Source: Rhodospirillales bacterium (GTDB lineage: Bacteria; Pseudomonadota; Alphaproteobacteria; Rhodospirillales; Casp-alpha2). From it: DNA of 64,000 nucleotides. A program made the position numbers and the translations under genes. The stretch spans positions 909,630 through 973,629 of the forward strand of contig OZ271842.1 in assembly GCA_965601835.1 (NCBI GenBank). The letters run 5' to 3'. Below, piece by piece: positions 38,098-49,258 of the stretch. The notes under the pieces were generated by a model. It was not told where the DNA came from. It saw nothing but the letters and a program-made list of their open reading frames with translations, and did no database searches. Position 1 is the stretch's first letter; every line of letters starts with the position of its first letter.

Positions 38098-38904
38098 CTA
38101 AGCCGTCCCCTTCTTCGCGGCTTCCAGCTCATCGCGGAGTGCGGAAACCATACCCTCGAGGTGAGCGTTTTCGTTCCGGGCGGCGCGCTGAGCCTGCTGA
38201 AGTTTCTCTTCGGCTTCAAATTTCGTTGATTCCAGTTCGTCCCGCAACCCTTGAACGGTTTCCTTGAGTTGCTTGGCCTCGTCAGTGCCCGTGCGAACGG
38301 CCTCTTGCACCGCCTCGTCCTTGGCGATTTTCAACGCCTCCAGTTCATCGCGAAGGGCGCTTGCGGTTTCCTTGAGGGTACGGATTTCAGCCGCGGAATC
38401 GGTGATCGCCTGCTGCACTCGGCCATTGGCGTCGTGGCGCAGGTCCTCCAGTTCGTCGCGCAGCGCCTGCGCGGTGTCGCGCAGTTGGCTGATCTCGCTG
38501 GCGTTGGCGGCGACGGCTTCTTGGACCCGCCGGTCGGCCTCGAACCGCAGGTTCTCCAACTCCTCGCGCAGCGCCGCGGCGGTTTCGCGCAATTGCTTGA
38601 TCTCGCTGGCGCTGTTGGAGACCGCCTCCGTGACGGCTTGGCTTTTCTCGGCGTTCAGTTCATCCAAGGACTCGCGCAGCGCATGCGCGGTTTCGCGCAG
38701 TTGCTTCAGCTGGTCGGCATTCGCCGACGACGCCTCGGTGACAGCTTGCGCCTTTTCGATCTGCGTACGTTCCAACTCCTCGCGCAGGACCGCCAGCGTG
38801 TCGCGCAGGTGGCGCAACTCGACATGAGCTTGATACAACTCGTCGCCCTCGTTGGGGATCAGCGTGCCGCCGCCGCCGTGTGTGGTTTGGGTATCGCCCA
38901 TCAA
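38098..38904 (-). CDS. Coiled-coil protein built from six 36-residue tandem repeats
   Basis: Repeat consensus roughly x-E-x-x-Q-A-V-x-E-A-x-x-x-x-A-x-E-I-K-Q-L-R-E-T-A-x-A-L-R-D-E-L-E-x-L-x. The stop lies 5 nt before the cyclase ATG. Confidence 0.75.
   Translation of the reverse strand: MMGDTQTTHGGGGTLIPNEGDELYQAHVELRHLRDTLAVLREELERTQIEKAQAVTEASSANADQLKQLRETAHALRESLDELNAEKSQAVTEAVSNSASEIKQLRETAAALREELENLRFEADRRVQEAVAANASEISQLRDTAQALRDELEDLRHDANGRVQQAITDSAAEIRTLKETASALRDELEALKIAKDEAVQEAVRTGTDEAKQLKETVQGLRDELESTKFEAEEKLQQAQRAARNENAHLEGMVSALRDELEAAKKGTA
38131..38790. repeat. Six in-frame 108-bp tandem DNA repeats (coding, inside 38098-38904)
   Basis: Matching blocks such as ctcgcgcagcgc..gcggtttcgcgca.ttgctt recur at 38455, 38563 and 38671, with diverged copies at 38131, 38239 and 38347. 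The period is exactly 108 nt. Confidence 0.8.
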
Positions 38905-39110
38905 GATCCTGCGTTTATCCCAGTACCCTTACTCTATCGCGGATTCCGACGTCTAGGCCAATTGTTATGGATCGTCAGCAGGGCCATGTGCGAGGCCGAC
39001 GGCCGAGGAATTGCCGACACGAACTATTCAAACGTGTGCTTAGTATACTATTCTTGCAAAGATTGTTTCCCCAAAGACAATCATAAATTGAATTCTAATT
39101 GGGGGGTGCT

Positions 39111-39614
39111 ATGAATTGGATTATTCGCACATTTGCTTCTGGTATTGTCGGCTTGTCTCTTGCAGCTTGCGCTACGCAGCCGGACGAAATGCAATCCGCT
39201 TATGTCTCGTCAACACAATACGCTAGCCTGGACTGCCAACAACTCGGAGCAGAGTTAACTCGTGTTAGCCGCCGCGAAATCGAATTGTATGGTCAGCTCA
39301 AAAAAATGGCCGACAATGACGAAGCCCAAATGGGTATCGGGCTGATATTGTTCTGGCCGACTTTGTTCTTCTTGGAAGGAGGAGACGGCCCACAGGCAGC
39401 TGAATATACTCGCGTAAAGGGAGAGGGTGACGCTGTTGAGCAAGTAATGATCCAAAAATCATGCGAACAGGCGCTCATGGCACCTCGGCAGGAAGTCATT
39501 GCCTTGAGAGAGATACCCAAACGATTGAAAAAACTGAAAGAGCTGTATGACTCTGGCGCCATTTCCAGTGACGAATACCAAGAAAAACGCCAAGAGATAA
39601 TTGGCGAAATCTAG
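39111..39614 (+). CDS. Lipoprotein with C-terminal SHOCT domain
   Basis: Lipobox GLSLAAC. The C-terminus LKKLKELYDSGAISSDEYQEKRQEII matches the SHOCT pattern. About 50% GC. ATG 39111 after gggggg. Confidence 0.7.
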   Translation: MNWIIRTFASGIVGLSLAACATQPDEMQSAYVSSTQYASLDCQQLGAELTRVSRREIELYGQLKKMADNDEAQMGIGLILFWPTLFFLEGGDGPQAAEYTRVKGEGDAVEQVMIQKSCEQALMAPRQEVIALREIPKRLKKLKELYDSGAISSDEYQEKRQEIIGEI

Positions 39615-39717
39615 AGTTGGAGAATTGTTTTCCGACTGTGCTTTAAGTGCACCGACGGCGTTAAATGTGCGTCGTAAACGATTGACTATTCATTCGGTGC
39701 GGAGAACTTGAGCGGCC

Positions 39718-40365
39718 TCAGTCCTCCCACTCCACATCGAAATGGGTAACGACATCGCGGATTTGCTCCGGCGTCAGCATCGACATGTCGCATCCTCGGA
39801 GCAGCAAAGTGAGCTTCGCGGTCTCTTCCAATTCCTCGATGGCGAAGCACGCCGCCTCGAGGTCCTTACCGGCGACGACCGGACCATGCGCCGCCAGCAT
39901 CACGGCGGACCGCTTGCCGGCCAAGCCCCGCACCGCATCCCCCATGGCCGGATCGCCCGGCCGGTAGTACGGCAACAGTTTCACTTTGCCCAAGCGCATG
40001 ATCGAGTACGCCGTGATCGGCGGCAGGAAATTGTCCGGATCCACATCGGGCATCAACGAGCGCGCCACCGAATGACTGGAATGCAGATGCACCACAGCGT
40101 TGGCCGCGGACCGGGTTTCGTAAAACGCGGTGTGCAGGTTCATTTCCTTGGTCGGTTTATCGCCGTCGATCTGATGGCCGTCGGCGTCGAAACGGCTGAG
40201 CCGCGCCGGGTCCAGGGCCCCGAATGTGGAACCGGTGGGCGACACCAAGAGTCCGCCGTCCGGCGTGCGGGCTGAGATGTTGCCGGTGCTGCCACCGGTC
40301 AGGCCCCGGTCGAACATGGATTTCGCCAGCCGGCACATGTCTTCGCGGAGTTTGGCCTCGCTCAT
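39718..40365 (-). CDS. otnC: Class II aldolase/adducin family, 3-oxo-tetronate 4-phosphate decarboxylase-like
   Basis: GGSTGNISAR, HLHS, and context immediately downstream of a DUF1537 kinase with an ATGA overlap. Confidence 0.7.
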   Translation of the reverse strand: MSEAKLREDMCRLAKSMFDRGLTGGSTGNISARTPDGGLLVSPTGSTFGALDPARLSRFDADGHQIDGDKPTKEMNLHTAFYETRSAANAVVHLHSSHSVARSLMPDVDPDNFLPPITAYSIMRLGKVKLLPYYRPGDPAMGDAVRGLAGKRSAVMLAAHGPVVAGKDLEAACFAIEELEETAKLTLLLRGCDMSMLTPEQIRDVVTHFDVEWED

Positions 40366-41618
40366 GCGCGGCTTCCTTCCAGCATGCGCGCCGCCTTGGC
40401 AAAGAAGTCGTGGCCGCCGAAGTTGCCCGATTTCAGCGCCAGCACCAGATCGTCGCCGGCCCGCATGCACGGCACGCCGGGGTCGATCTCCGGACCAATA
40501 TCCATCGCCGCGACGTCGAGACCTTCGACCACCGCACCCGACGTCTCGCCCCCAGCCACGATCAGCCGCGTGATACCGGCGGCGACCAAATGCCGGGCAA
40601 GGTCGGCGAAGAACCCTTCCAACGCCGCGGACGCCGCCTCGCGGCCATAGGATTCCTGGACCGATGCGACCGTCTCCGGGTCGGCGGAACTGTAAACCAG
40701 CGGCAGGTGTTCGGCGTAATCCATCACCCAACGGCACAGCGCCTCGGCCGTCATGCGCCCGTCGATCACATCGCTTGCGGTGATCTCCATGATCGGGTGC
40801 ATCTTTACATGCTCTTCGATCTGCGCCCGGGTCGCACGGGAACACGACCCAGACAGCACCGCGCACGGACCGTCTTGTCCGCGCCATGCCGCCCCTGTTC
40901 CGGTAATCTGCCCTCGTTCCTGGAAGTTCCGCGGCAGACCCAGTGCCACCCCGGACCCGCCGGTAATCAGTTTCAAATCGGCGGCGGCGGCACCAATGGT
41001 CATCAAATCCGGGTCTCCGATGGCATCGACGACAACCAGCCGCCGACCGGCGACGGCCTCGGCCCGGAACGCCGATTGCACCGCGTCCGCGCCATGCATC
41101 ACGGTCTCGGCCGGAATGTGGCCAACGGTTGACGTCGTCTGGTGCCCAAGCCAACGGCGAATATCGGGATCGGTCATCGGTGTGATTGGGTGATCCTGCA
41201 TGCCGCACTCGTTGAGCAGCACACCGTTCACGAACAAATGCCCTTGATAAACGGTGCGCCCAGCCCCCGGAAACGCCGGACAAACGATGACACTTTCGGC
41301 CTGCAACGCATCCGCCAACGCATCGGCAACCGGACCGATGTTCCCCTCCGGGGTCGAATCGAACGTCGAGCAATACTTGAAAAAGAACTGCGTGCAGCCC
41401 TGCGCCTGCAACCAGCGAAACGCCTCCATCGACTGTGCGACCGCGTCGGCGACGGGGATCGACCGGGATTTCAACGCCACCACCCCGGCTTCGACGTCGG
41501 CATCGGCGTCGCCTGTCGGCACGCCGGAATATTGCACCGTTCGCATCCCCTGTTTGAACAGGGTATTGGCGAGATCGCTGGACCCGGTGAAGTCGTCGCC
41601 GATACACCCGAGCAGCAT
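40362..41618 (-). CDS. otnK: Four-carbon acid-sugar kinase (DUF1537), 3-oxo-tetronate kinase-like
   Basis: N-terminus LGCIGDDFTGSSDLANTL is typical of the DUF1537/YgbK family. 418 aa. Confidence 0.75.
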   Translation of the reverse strand: MLLGCIGDDFTGSSDLANTLFKQGMRTVQYSGVPTGDADADVEAGVVALKSRSIPVADAVAQSMEAFRWLQAQGCTQFFFKYCSTFDSTPEGNIGPVADALADALQAESVIVCPAFPGAGRTVYQGHLFVNGVLLNECGMQDHPITPMTDPDIRRWLGHQTTSTVGHIPAETVMHGADAVQSAFRAEAVAGRRLVVVDAIGDPDLMTIGAAAADLKLITGGSGVALGLPRNFQERGQITGTGAAWRGQDGPCAVLSGSCSRATRAQIEEHVKMHPIMEITASDVIDGRMTAEALCRWVMDYAEHLPLVYSSADPETVASVQESYGREAASAALEGFFADLARHLVAAGITRLIVAGGETSGAVVEGLDVAAMDIGPEIDPGVPCMRAGDDLVLALKSGNFGGHDFFAKAARMLEGSRA

Positions 41619-42520
41619 CAGTCGTCCCCCGGCAGAGTCAGTCCCGCATTTCGGGCGTAAACCTTGGCGACGGCGGCATCATCCTCGCGCCCAAGGCCCG
41701 ACCCCGAGGCGGCCAGGAACTGTTGCAGCGCCGCCGCCGTGATCGGGGCGCTGAACTTCGCACCCTTGGCGATGTCCATTACGATGCCGAGGTCCTTGGG
41801 CCAAATGTCCACCGACGAATGCGGCGTGTAATCGCCGGCGATCACGTGCGGCGCCCGGTTCTCCAACATCCAGCTGGTGCCGGCGCACTTGCTGATGACT
41901 TCCAGAAACTTCTCAGGGGTAACGCCCTGGGTCATGCCGAAGGTCAGGGCCTCGGCCATGGCGGCGATGTGCACCCCGGCCAACAACTGGTTCACGGCCT
42001 TCATGGCCGAACCGGCGCCCGCGGCGTCGCCCAGTTCGAACACGGTCTCCGCCGTCGCGTCCAAGATCGGCTGTGCCGCCGCAAACGCCTCTGGTGTCCC
42101 CGACGCCATCACCGACAACTGCCCCGCCGCGGCTTTGACCGAGCCGCCGGAAATCGGTGCGTCCAGGTAGTGCACGCCACGCGCGCCGCACCCCTCCTCC
42201 ATGCCCTTGGCGAACTCCGGCGGCACCGTAGCGCACGACAAGACCACCGCTCCCGGTTTCAGGTGCGGCACCACACCGTCCGGCCCGAACAGCACGCTTT
42301 CCGTCTGCGCCGCGTTCAGCACCACCACCACGACCCCATCCAAGTCACCGGCGACATCGGCCAACGCGCCGTCCGCGCCGCCCTCGGCCTTGAACCGGTC
42401 CATGGCATGGGCTGCGATGTCGTAGCCATAGGTCACGTGCCCGCCCCGCAACAGCGATTGGGCGATGCCGTACCCCATGGATCCCAAGCCGATGACGGCG
42501 GTTTTCTGTTGGTCTGTCAT
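41618..42520 (-). CDS. 3-hydroxyisobutyrate dehydrogenase-family NAD(P) oxidoreductase, L-threonate/D-erythronate dehydrogenase-like (YgbJ type)
   Basis: Rossmann motif VIGLGSMGYGIA. 300 aa. TGATG overlap with otnK. Confidence 0.7.
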   Translation of the reverse strand: MTDQQKTAVIGLGSMGYGIAQSLLRGGHVTYGYDIAAHAMDRFKAEGGADGALADVAGDLDGVVVVVLNAAQTESVLFGPDGVVPHLKPGAVVLSCATVPPEFAKGMEEGCGARGVHYLDAPISGGSVKAAAGQLSVMASGTPEAFAAAQPILDATAETVFELGDAAGAGSAMKAVNQLLAGVHIAAMAEALTFGMTQGVTPEKFLEVISKCAGTSWMLENRAPHVIAGDYTPHSSVDIWPKDLGIVMDIAKGAKFSAPITAAALQQFLAASGSGLGREDDAAVAKVYARNAGLTLPGDD

Positions 42521-42635
42521 GGGGTCCTCCCGGGCACTTCTTTTTTGTCTACTTGTCTGGTACCTGTCCGGGGTCGGGAACGCAACACCGCCCCCTCAGC
42601 CAAGGTGTTGCCCCGCGCGATTTCATGCTATCAAC

Positions 42636-42650
42636 GTTCTTGTTTTGTCC
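42636..42650. promoter_or_regulatory. Candidate alphaproteobacterial LexA (SOS) box GTTC-N7-GTCC
   Basis: gttcttgttttgtcc lies 21 nt upstream of the dinB ATG, with one mismatch to GTTCN7GTTC. Confidence 0.5.
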
Positions 42651-42670
42651 CCAACCGGCAACGGATCAAC

Positions 42671-43936
42671 ATGCCCGCGATTTGCCGCGATTGCGCCCAC
42701 GTTTTGCCCGACGGCCCCGTGCCCGCCGCCTGTCCCGCGTGCCGCGGACAGCGCTTCGCCGCGCATGACGAGTTGCTGTCCCTATCGACGGCGCACATGG
42801 ACTGCGATGCGTTCTACGCCACGGTCGAAAAACGCGACGACCCGGCGATCCGCGGCAAACCGGTCATCGTCGGCGGCGGTCGCCGTGGCGTCGTCGCGGC
42901 GTGCTGCTATATCGCGCGGATGTACGGCATTCGCTCGGCGATGCCGATGTTCAAGGCGCTGGCGGCGTGCCCGGATGCGGTCGTGATCCGGCCCGACATG
43001 GAAAAGTACCGCACTGCCGGGCATCAGGTGCGTGATCTGATGCGGAGCGTCACCCCCATGGTGGAGCCCATATCCATCGACGAAGCGTTCTTGGACCTTG
43101 CGGGGACCGAGCGGCTGCACGGCGGGCCGCCCGCCGAGACGCTGGTGAAACTCGCGACCCGGATCGAGGACGAAATCGGCATCACGGTGTCGATCGGGCT
43201 CAGCTTTAACAAGTTCCTGGCGAAGATGGCGTCGGATATCGACAAGCCGCGCGGCTTTGCCGCCATCGGCGAAGCGGAAGCGATCACGTTTCTCGCGGAA
43301 AAGCCGGTTGGCGCGCTGTGGGGCGTGGGCAAGGCGCTGCGCAAGAAGCTGGAGCGGGACGGCATCACCAAAGTCGGCCAGCTGCGCACCATGGACGAGC
43401 GGGATCTGGTGGCGCGCTACGGATCCATCGGGCACCGGTTGCACCGGTTTTCCAACGCCCGCGACTTGCGCCGCGTCGATCCAGAAAGTCAGACCAAATC
43501 GATTTCGTCGGAAACCACGTTCGCCGACGATGTCGACGATCTGGAGGCGCTGCGGGTGATCCTGTGGCGGCAATGCGAGAAGGTCGCCCGGCGGCTGGGC
43601 CGTGCCGGCTACGCCTGCGATGGGGTGCAGCTGAAGCTAAAGACCAAGGACTTCAAGCTGGTCACGCGGTCCCGGAAGCTGCCCGGGCCGACCAAGCTCG
43701 CCGACGAGTTGTACCGCGCCGCCGACGAGCTCCTGACCGGCGAGGTGGACGGACGCAAGCTGTTCCGCCTTCTCGGCGTGGGCGCGGAGCGACTGGTATC
43801 GGCGGACGAGGCAGACCGCCCCGACCTCGCCGATCCCGACCGGGAGAAGCGGGTCAAAGTCGCCGCCGCCGTCGATGCCGTGCGCGATAAGTTCGGTGAT
43901 ACCGCCATCGGCAAGGGCCGCGGGTTCAAAGGATAG
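42671..43936 (+). CDS. dinB: DNA polymerase IV (Y-family) with N-terminal CxxC..CxxC extension
   Basis: HMDCDAFYATVE, VGGG..RGVV....Y.AR..G..SAMP, SIDEAFLD, SIG.S.NKFLAK.ASD..KP.G. ATG 42671. Confidence 0.9.
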   Translation: MPAICRDCAHVLPDGPVPAACPACRGQRFAAHDELLSLSTAHMDCDAFYATVEKRDDPAIRGKPVIVGGGRRGVVAACCYIARMYGIRSAMPMFKALAACPDAVVIRPDMEKYRTAGHQVRDLMRSVTPMVEPISIDEAFLDLAGTERLHGGPPAETLVKLATRIEDEIGITVSIGLSFNKFLAKMASDIDKPRGFAAIGEAEAITFLAEKPVGALWGVGKALRKKLERDGITKVGQLRTMDERDLVARYGSIGHRLHRFSNARDLRRVDPESQTKSISSETTFADDVDDLEALRVILWRQCEKVARRLGRAGYACDGVQLKLKTKDFKLVTRSRKLPGPTKLADELYRAADELLTGEVDGRKLFRLLGVGAERLVSADEADRPDLADPDREKRVKVAAAVDAVRDKFGDTAIGKGRGFKG

Positions 43937-44002
43937 GTCGCGGCAAGTGGTGGCGATTGGGTCGAAACCCTGTACACTCCTCGCCATTCATGCGGGGGAC
44001 AT

Positions 44003-44614
44003 ATGAGCATCGAATTTTTGCTGACGTCATTGGTGGTTATCCTGCTGCCCGGCACCGGGGTGTTGTACACGCTCGCCATCGGATTGGGCCGCGGCTTTCG
44101 GGCCAGCACGGCCGCGGCGCTCGGCTGCACGTTTGGGATCGTGCCCGCCGCGCTCGCCAGCATTGTCGGCCTCGCGGCGATTTTTCATACCAGCGCGCTG
44201 GCGTTTCAAATCGTCAAATACCTGGGCGTCGCCTATCTGTTGTACATGGCCTGCAGCGTCCTGCGCGACGGCGGGGCGATGGATGTCGATGCCAACGCGA
44301 AGCCGGTATCCATGTTCCGCACGGCGCTTAACGGGACGTTGTTGAACGTCTTGAACCCGAAACTCTCGCTGTTCTTCCTTGCGTTCCTGCCGCAATTCGT
44401 CGACACGGCCCACGCCAGCGCAACGGGGAAGATGTTCATGCTGGCCGGGGTCTTCATGGCGCTGACGTTCATCGTCTTCGTCGGCTACGGGGCCTGTGCG
44501 GCGACGGCGCGCTCGTACGTCATCCGCCGACCGGCAGTGATGACGTGGTTGCGCCGGTGCTTCGCCGGGGCGTTCGGGATCCTCGGGCTACGCCTCGCCC
44601 TCAGCGACCGGTAG
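44003..44614 (+). CDS. LysE/RhtB family amino-acid exporter
   Basis: N-terminal L.PG.G.L......G, NPK...FFLAFLPQF, 6 TM segments, about 200 aa. Confidence 0.85.
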   Translation: MSIEFLLTSLVVILLPGTGVLYTLAIGLGRGFRASTAAALGCTFGIVPAALASIVGLAAIFHTSALAFQIVKYLGVAYLLYMACSVLRDGGAMDVDANAKPVSMFRTALNGTLLNVLNPKLSLFFLAFLPQFVDTAHASATGKMFMLAGVFMALTFIVFVGYGACAATARSYVIRRPAVMTWLRRCFAGAFGILGLRLALSDR

Positions 44615-45127
44615 CAGAGGCAACTCGTACAGCACGAGGTCGTGCACCGCCCCCGGCGCGCGACCGATTTCCGAAAACCCGCAGCGCCGCATCACCGCAT
44701 GCGACCGCACATTCGGCACATCGACCTCGGCCACCAACCGGTCGAGCCCGACGGTGTCGCGCGCGTGGGCGATGACGGTCTCGACCGCCGCGCGGGCCAG
44801 CCCTTGGCCCCAGTGCGCCGATGCGACGGCGATGATCACCTCGACACCGCCCATCAATTCCGGTGCGGCGTCGGCCGCCATGGGCTGAAGGCCGACCATG
44901 CCTGCGCATGCGCGCGCTCGATCTTCGATCATCCAGAACCCTAGCCCGCGCGGGTCCAACTCGTCGCTATGATCGAGCATCGCCGCCACGGTACCCCTCG
45001 GCAATTGGACACCGTCGCAGAGATAGCGGAGCACATCCGGCTCGTGCAGCAACTGCAGAAGTGCGTCGAGATCATCCGCATGGGCCGGGCGCAGTCGCCC
45101 GGCCGGCATTGGCAATTCAGGTTTCAT
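44588..45127 (-). CDS. GNAT family N-acetyltransferase (RimJ/RimL-like)
   Basis: WGQGLA..A and N..S...M.R.GF motifs. Convergent 27-nt overlap with the lysE-family gene. Confidence 0.8.
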   Translation of the reverse strand: MKPELPMPAGRLRPAHADDLDALLQLLHEPDVLRYLCDGVQLPRGTVAAMLDHSDELDPRGLGFWMIEDRARACAGMVGLQPMAADAAPELMGGVEVIIAVASAHWGQGLARAAVETVIAHARDTVGLDRLVAEVDVPNVRSHAVMRRCGFSEIGRAPGAVHDLVLYELPLLPVAEGEA

Positions 45128-45148
45128 CTGTGCGCCGACATCGCCATG

Positions 45149-45511
45149 TCATTCAATGGGCAAACCGTTAAGCCGCAGAAACGAGAGCTTGTCCCAATAG
45201 CCGCGCTGAAACGCGATCTTGCCATCCTTCACCGTAAAGAAACCGCATCCGCGCAGCCCATTGGGATCGCTCCACTCCATGATCGCGACGTCGCCGTCCT
45301 CGTAAATGGCTTCCGGCTGGCACACCATGTCGGTCGCTTCGAACTCACCTGCGAACATGGCGCGGATCGCATCCCGGCCGACGACGGGGTCTTGCGCGAC
45401 CTGATGATTGACGGCGTCGTCGTGATACAACGCCGCCAATGCATCCGCATCGCCGGCATTAAAATGGGCCACCCACTGCTCCAGGACGTCTCGGGGCGTC
45501 ACGGCCGCCAC
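45149..45511 (-). CDS. SnoaL/NTF2-like fold protein
   Basis: W..HFNAGD.DAL..LY..DAV.H, about 120 aa. Confidence 0.7.
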   Translation of the reverse strand: MAAVTPRDVLEQWVAHFNAGDADALAALYHDDAVNHQVAQDPVVGRDAIRAMFAGEFEATDMVCQPEAIYEDGDVAIMEWSDPNGLRGCGFFTVKDGKIAFQRGYWDKLSFLRLNGLPIE

Positions 45512-45594
45512 CTTTCTCGTCTACGACGCGAATTCGTTATTGCCGCGTCACAATTATGGGCGTTTTCGGGCGGCAACCGCCACCCTGCCAAAGC

Positions 45595-47904
<2,310 letters not shown>

Positions 47905-49122
47905 TTACCATGCGTCCATCGCCGCCTTGAGATTGTCATCCAGTTTGGCGAGGAATTGCTGGGTCGTCATCCAGCCCTGTTCGGGCCCGATCAACAGTGC
48001 CAAATCCTTGGTCATAAATCCGCTTTCGACGGTCTCGATACAGACCCTTTCCAGTGTTTCCGCGAACCGGGTCACGTCCGGCGTACCGTCGAATTTGCCG
48101 CGATAGCTCAAGCCCCGGGTCCAGGCGAAGATCGACGCGATTGGATTGGTCGAGGTTTCCTTGCCTTGTTGATGCTGACGGTAATGCCGGGTCACGGTGC
48201 CGTGCGCTGCTTCGGCTTCGACCGTTTTGCCGTCGGGGGTCAACAGCACAGAGGTCATCAACCCGAGCGAGCCGAACCCCTGCGCCACGGTATCGGATTG
48301 CACGTCGCCGTCATAGTTCTTGCAGGCCCACAGGAAACCACCTTCCCACTTCATGGCGCACGCCACCATGTCGTCGATCAGGCGCTCTTCGTAGGTGATG
48401 CCGGCGGCCGCGTATTGGTCCTTGAACTCGGTTTCGAAGACCTCGCGGAACAGTTCAACGAACCGGCCGTCGTATTGCTTGAGGATCGTGTCCTTGTGCG
48501 ACATGTACACCGGCCACCCGAGATCGAGGCCATAGTTCAAACAGGCCCGGGCGAAGCCGCGAATCGACTCGTCCAAATTATACATCGCCATGGTGACGCC
48601 GGAGCCGGGCGCATCGAATACTTCCTTTTCGATCACCTGCCCGTCGGCGCCCTCGAATTTGATCGAGAGCTTGCCGGGCCCTTGGAACTGGAAGTCGGTG
48701 GCGCGGTATTGGTCGCCAAAGGCATGACGGCCGATGACAATCGGTTTGGTCCATCCGGGCACCAGCCGCGGCACGTTCTTGCAGACGATCGGCTGCCGGA
48801 AAATCGTACCGCCGATGATGTTGCGTATGGTGCCGTTGGGCGAGCGCCACATTTCCTTGAGGCCGAATTCCTCCATCCGCTGGGGCGTCGCCGTGATCGT
48901 CGCGCATTTGACGCCGACACCATATTCCTTGATCGCGTGCGCGGCGTCGACGGTGATCTGATCGGCCGTCTCGTCGCGTTTTTGGATGCTGAGATCGTAG
49001 TACTTGAGATCGACTTCCAAGTACGGACGGATCAGCTTGTCCTTGATGAATTCCCAGATAATCCGCGTCATTTCGTCGCCGTCGAGTTCGACGACGGGCG
49101 TGACCACTTTAATCTTCGACAT
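47905..49122 (-). CDS. icd: Homodimeric eukaryote-like (type II) NADP-isocitrate dehydrogenase (~405 aa)
   Basis: [27 protein letters not shown]-like, [33 protein letters not shown] 49122. Confidence 0.9.
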   Translation of the reverse strand: MSKIKVVTPVVELDGDEMTRIIWEFIKDKLIRPYLEVDLKYYDLSIQKRDETADQITVDAAHAIKEYGVGVKCATITATPQRMEEFGLKEMWRSPNGTIRNIIGGTIFRQPIVCKNVPRLVPGWTKPIVIGRHAFGDQYRATDFQFQGPGKLSIKFEGADGQVIEKEVFDAPGSGVTMAMYNLDESIRGFARACLNYGLDLGWPVYMSHKDTILKQYDGRFVELFREVFETEFKDQYAAAGITYEERLIDDMVACAMKWEGGFLWACKNYDGDVQSDTVAQGFGSLGLMTSVLLTPDGKTVEAEAAHGTVTRHYRQHQQGKETSTNPIASIFAWTRGLSYRGKFDGTPDVTRFAETLERVCIETVESGFMTKDLALLIGPEQGWMTTQQFLAKLDDNLKAAMDAW

Positions 49123-49258
49123 GAGGCGTCTCTCCTGATGGCCGCCGCGGCGCTCTGAACGTCCGGCGGGTCTTCCCCCACAACGCGCACCGCATGCACG
49201 CCGGCGGCGGAACGATAGGATTTGCGGTTGGTAATGACAAGGCGGCCCAGCGCGACAT

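Noticed and set aside
38131-38790. Possible CRISPR-like periodic repeats
   Set aside because: The repeats are contiguous with no spacers, 108 nt long, in frame and translate to a coherent coiled-coil protein. There are no cas genes. Not a CRISPR array.
39718-41607. 629-aa minus-strand ORF
   Set aside because: Only the last 216 codons (from ATG 40365) are aldolase-like. The N-terminal ~410 codons are an out-of-frame read-through of otnK (40362-41618), which has the real DUF1537 signature.
41723-43936. 737-aa plus-strand ORF
   Set aside because: The first ~316 codons are antisense to the YgbJ-like dehydrogenase. DinB motifs start only after ATG 42671.
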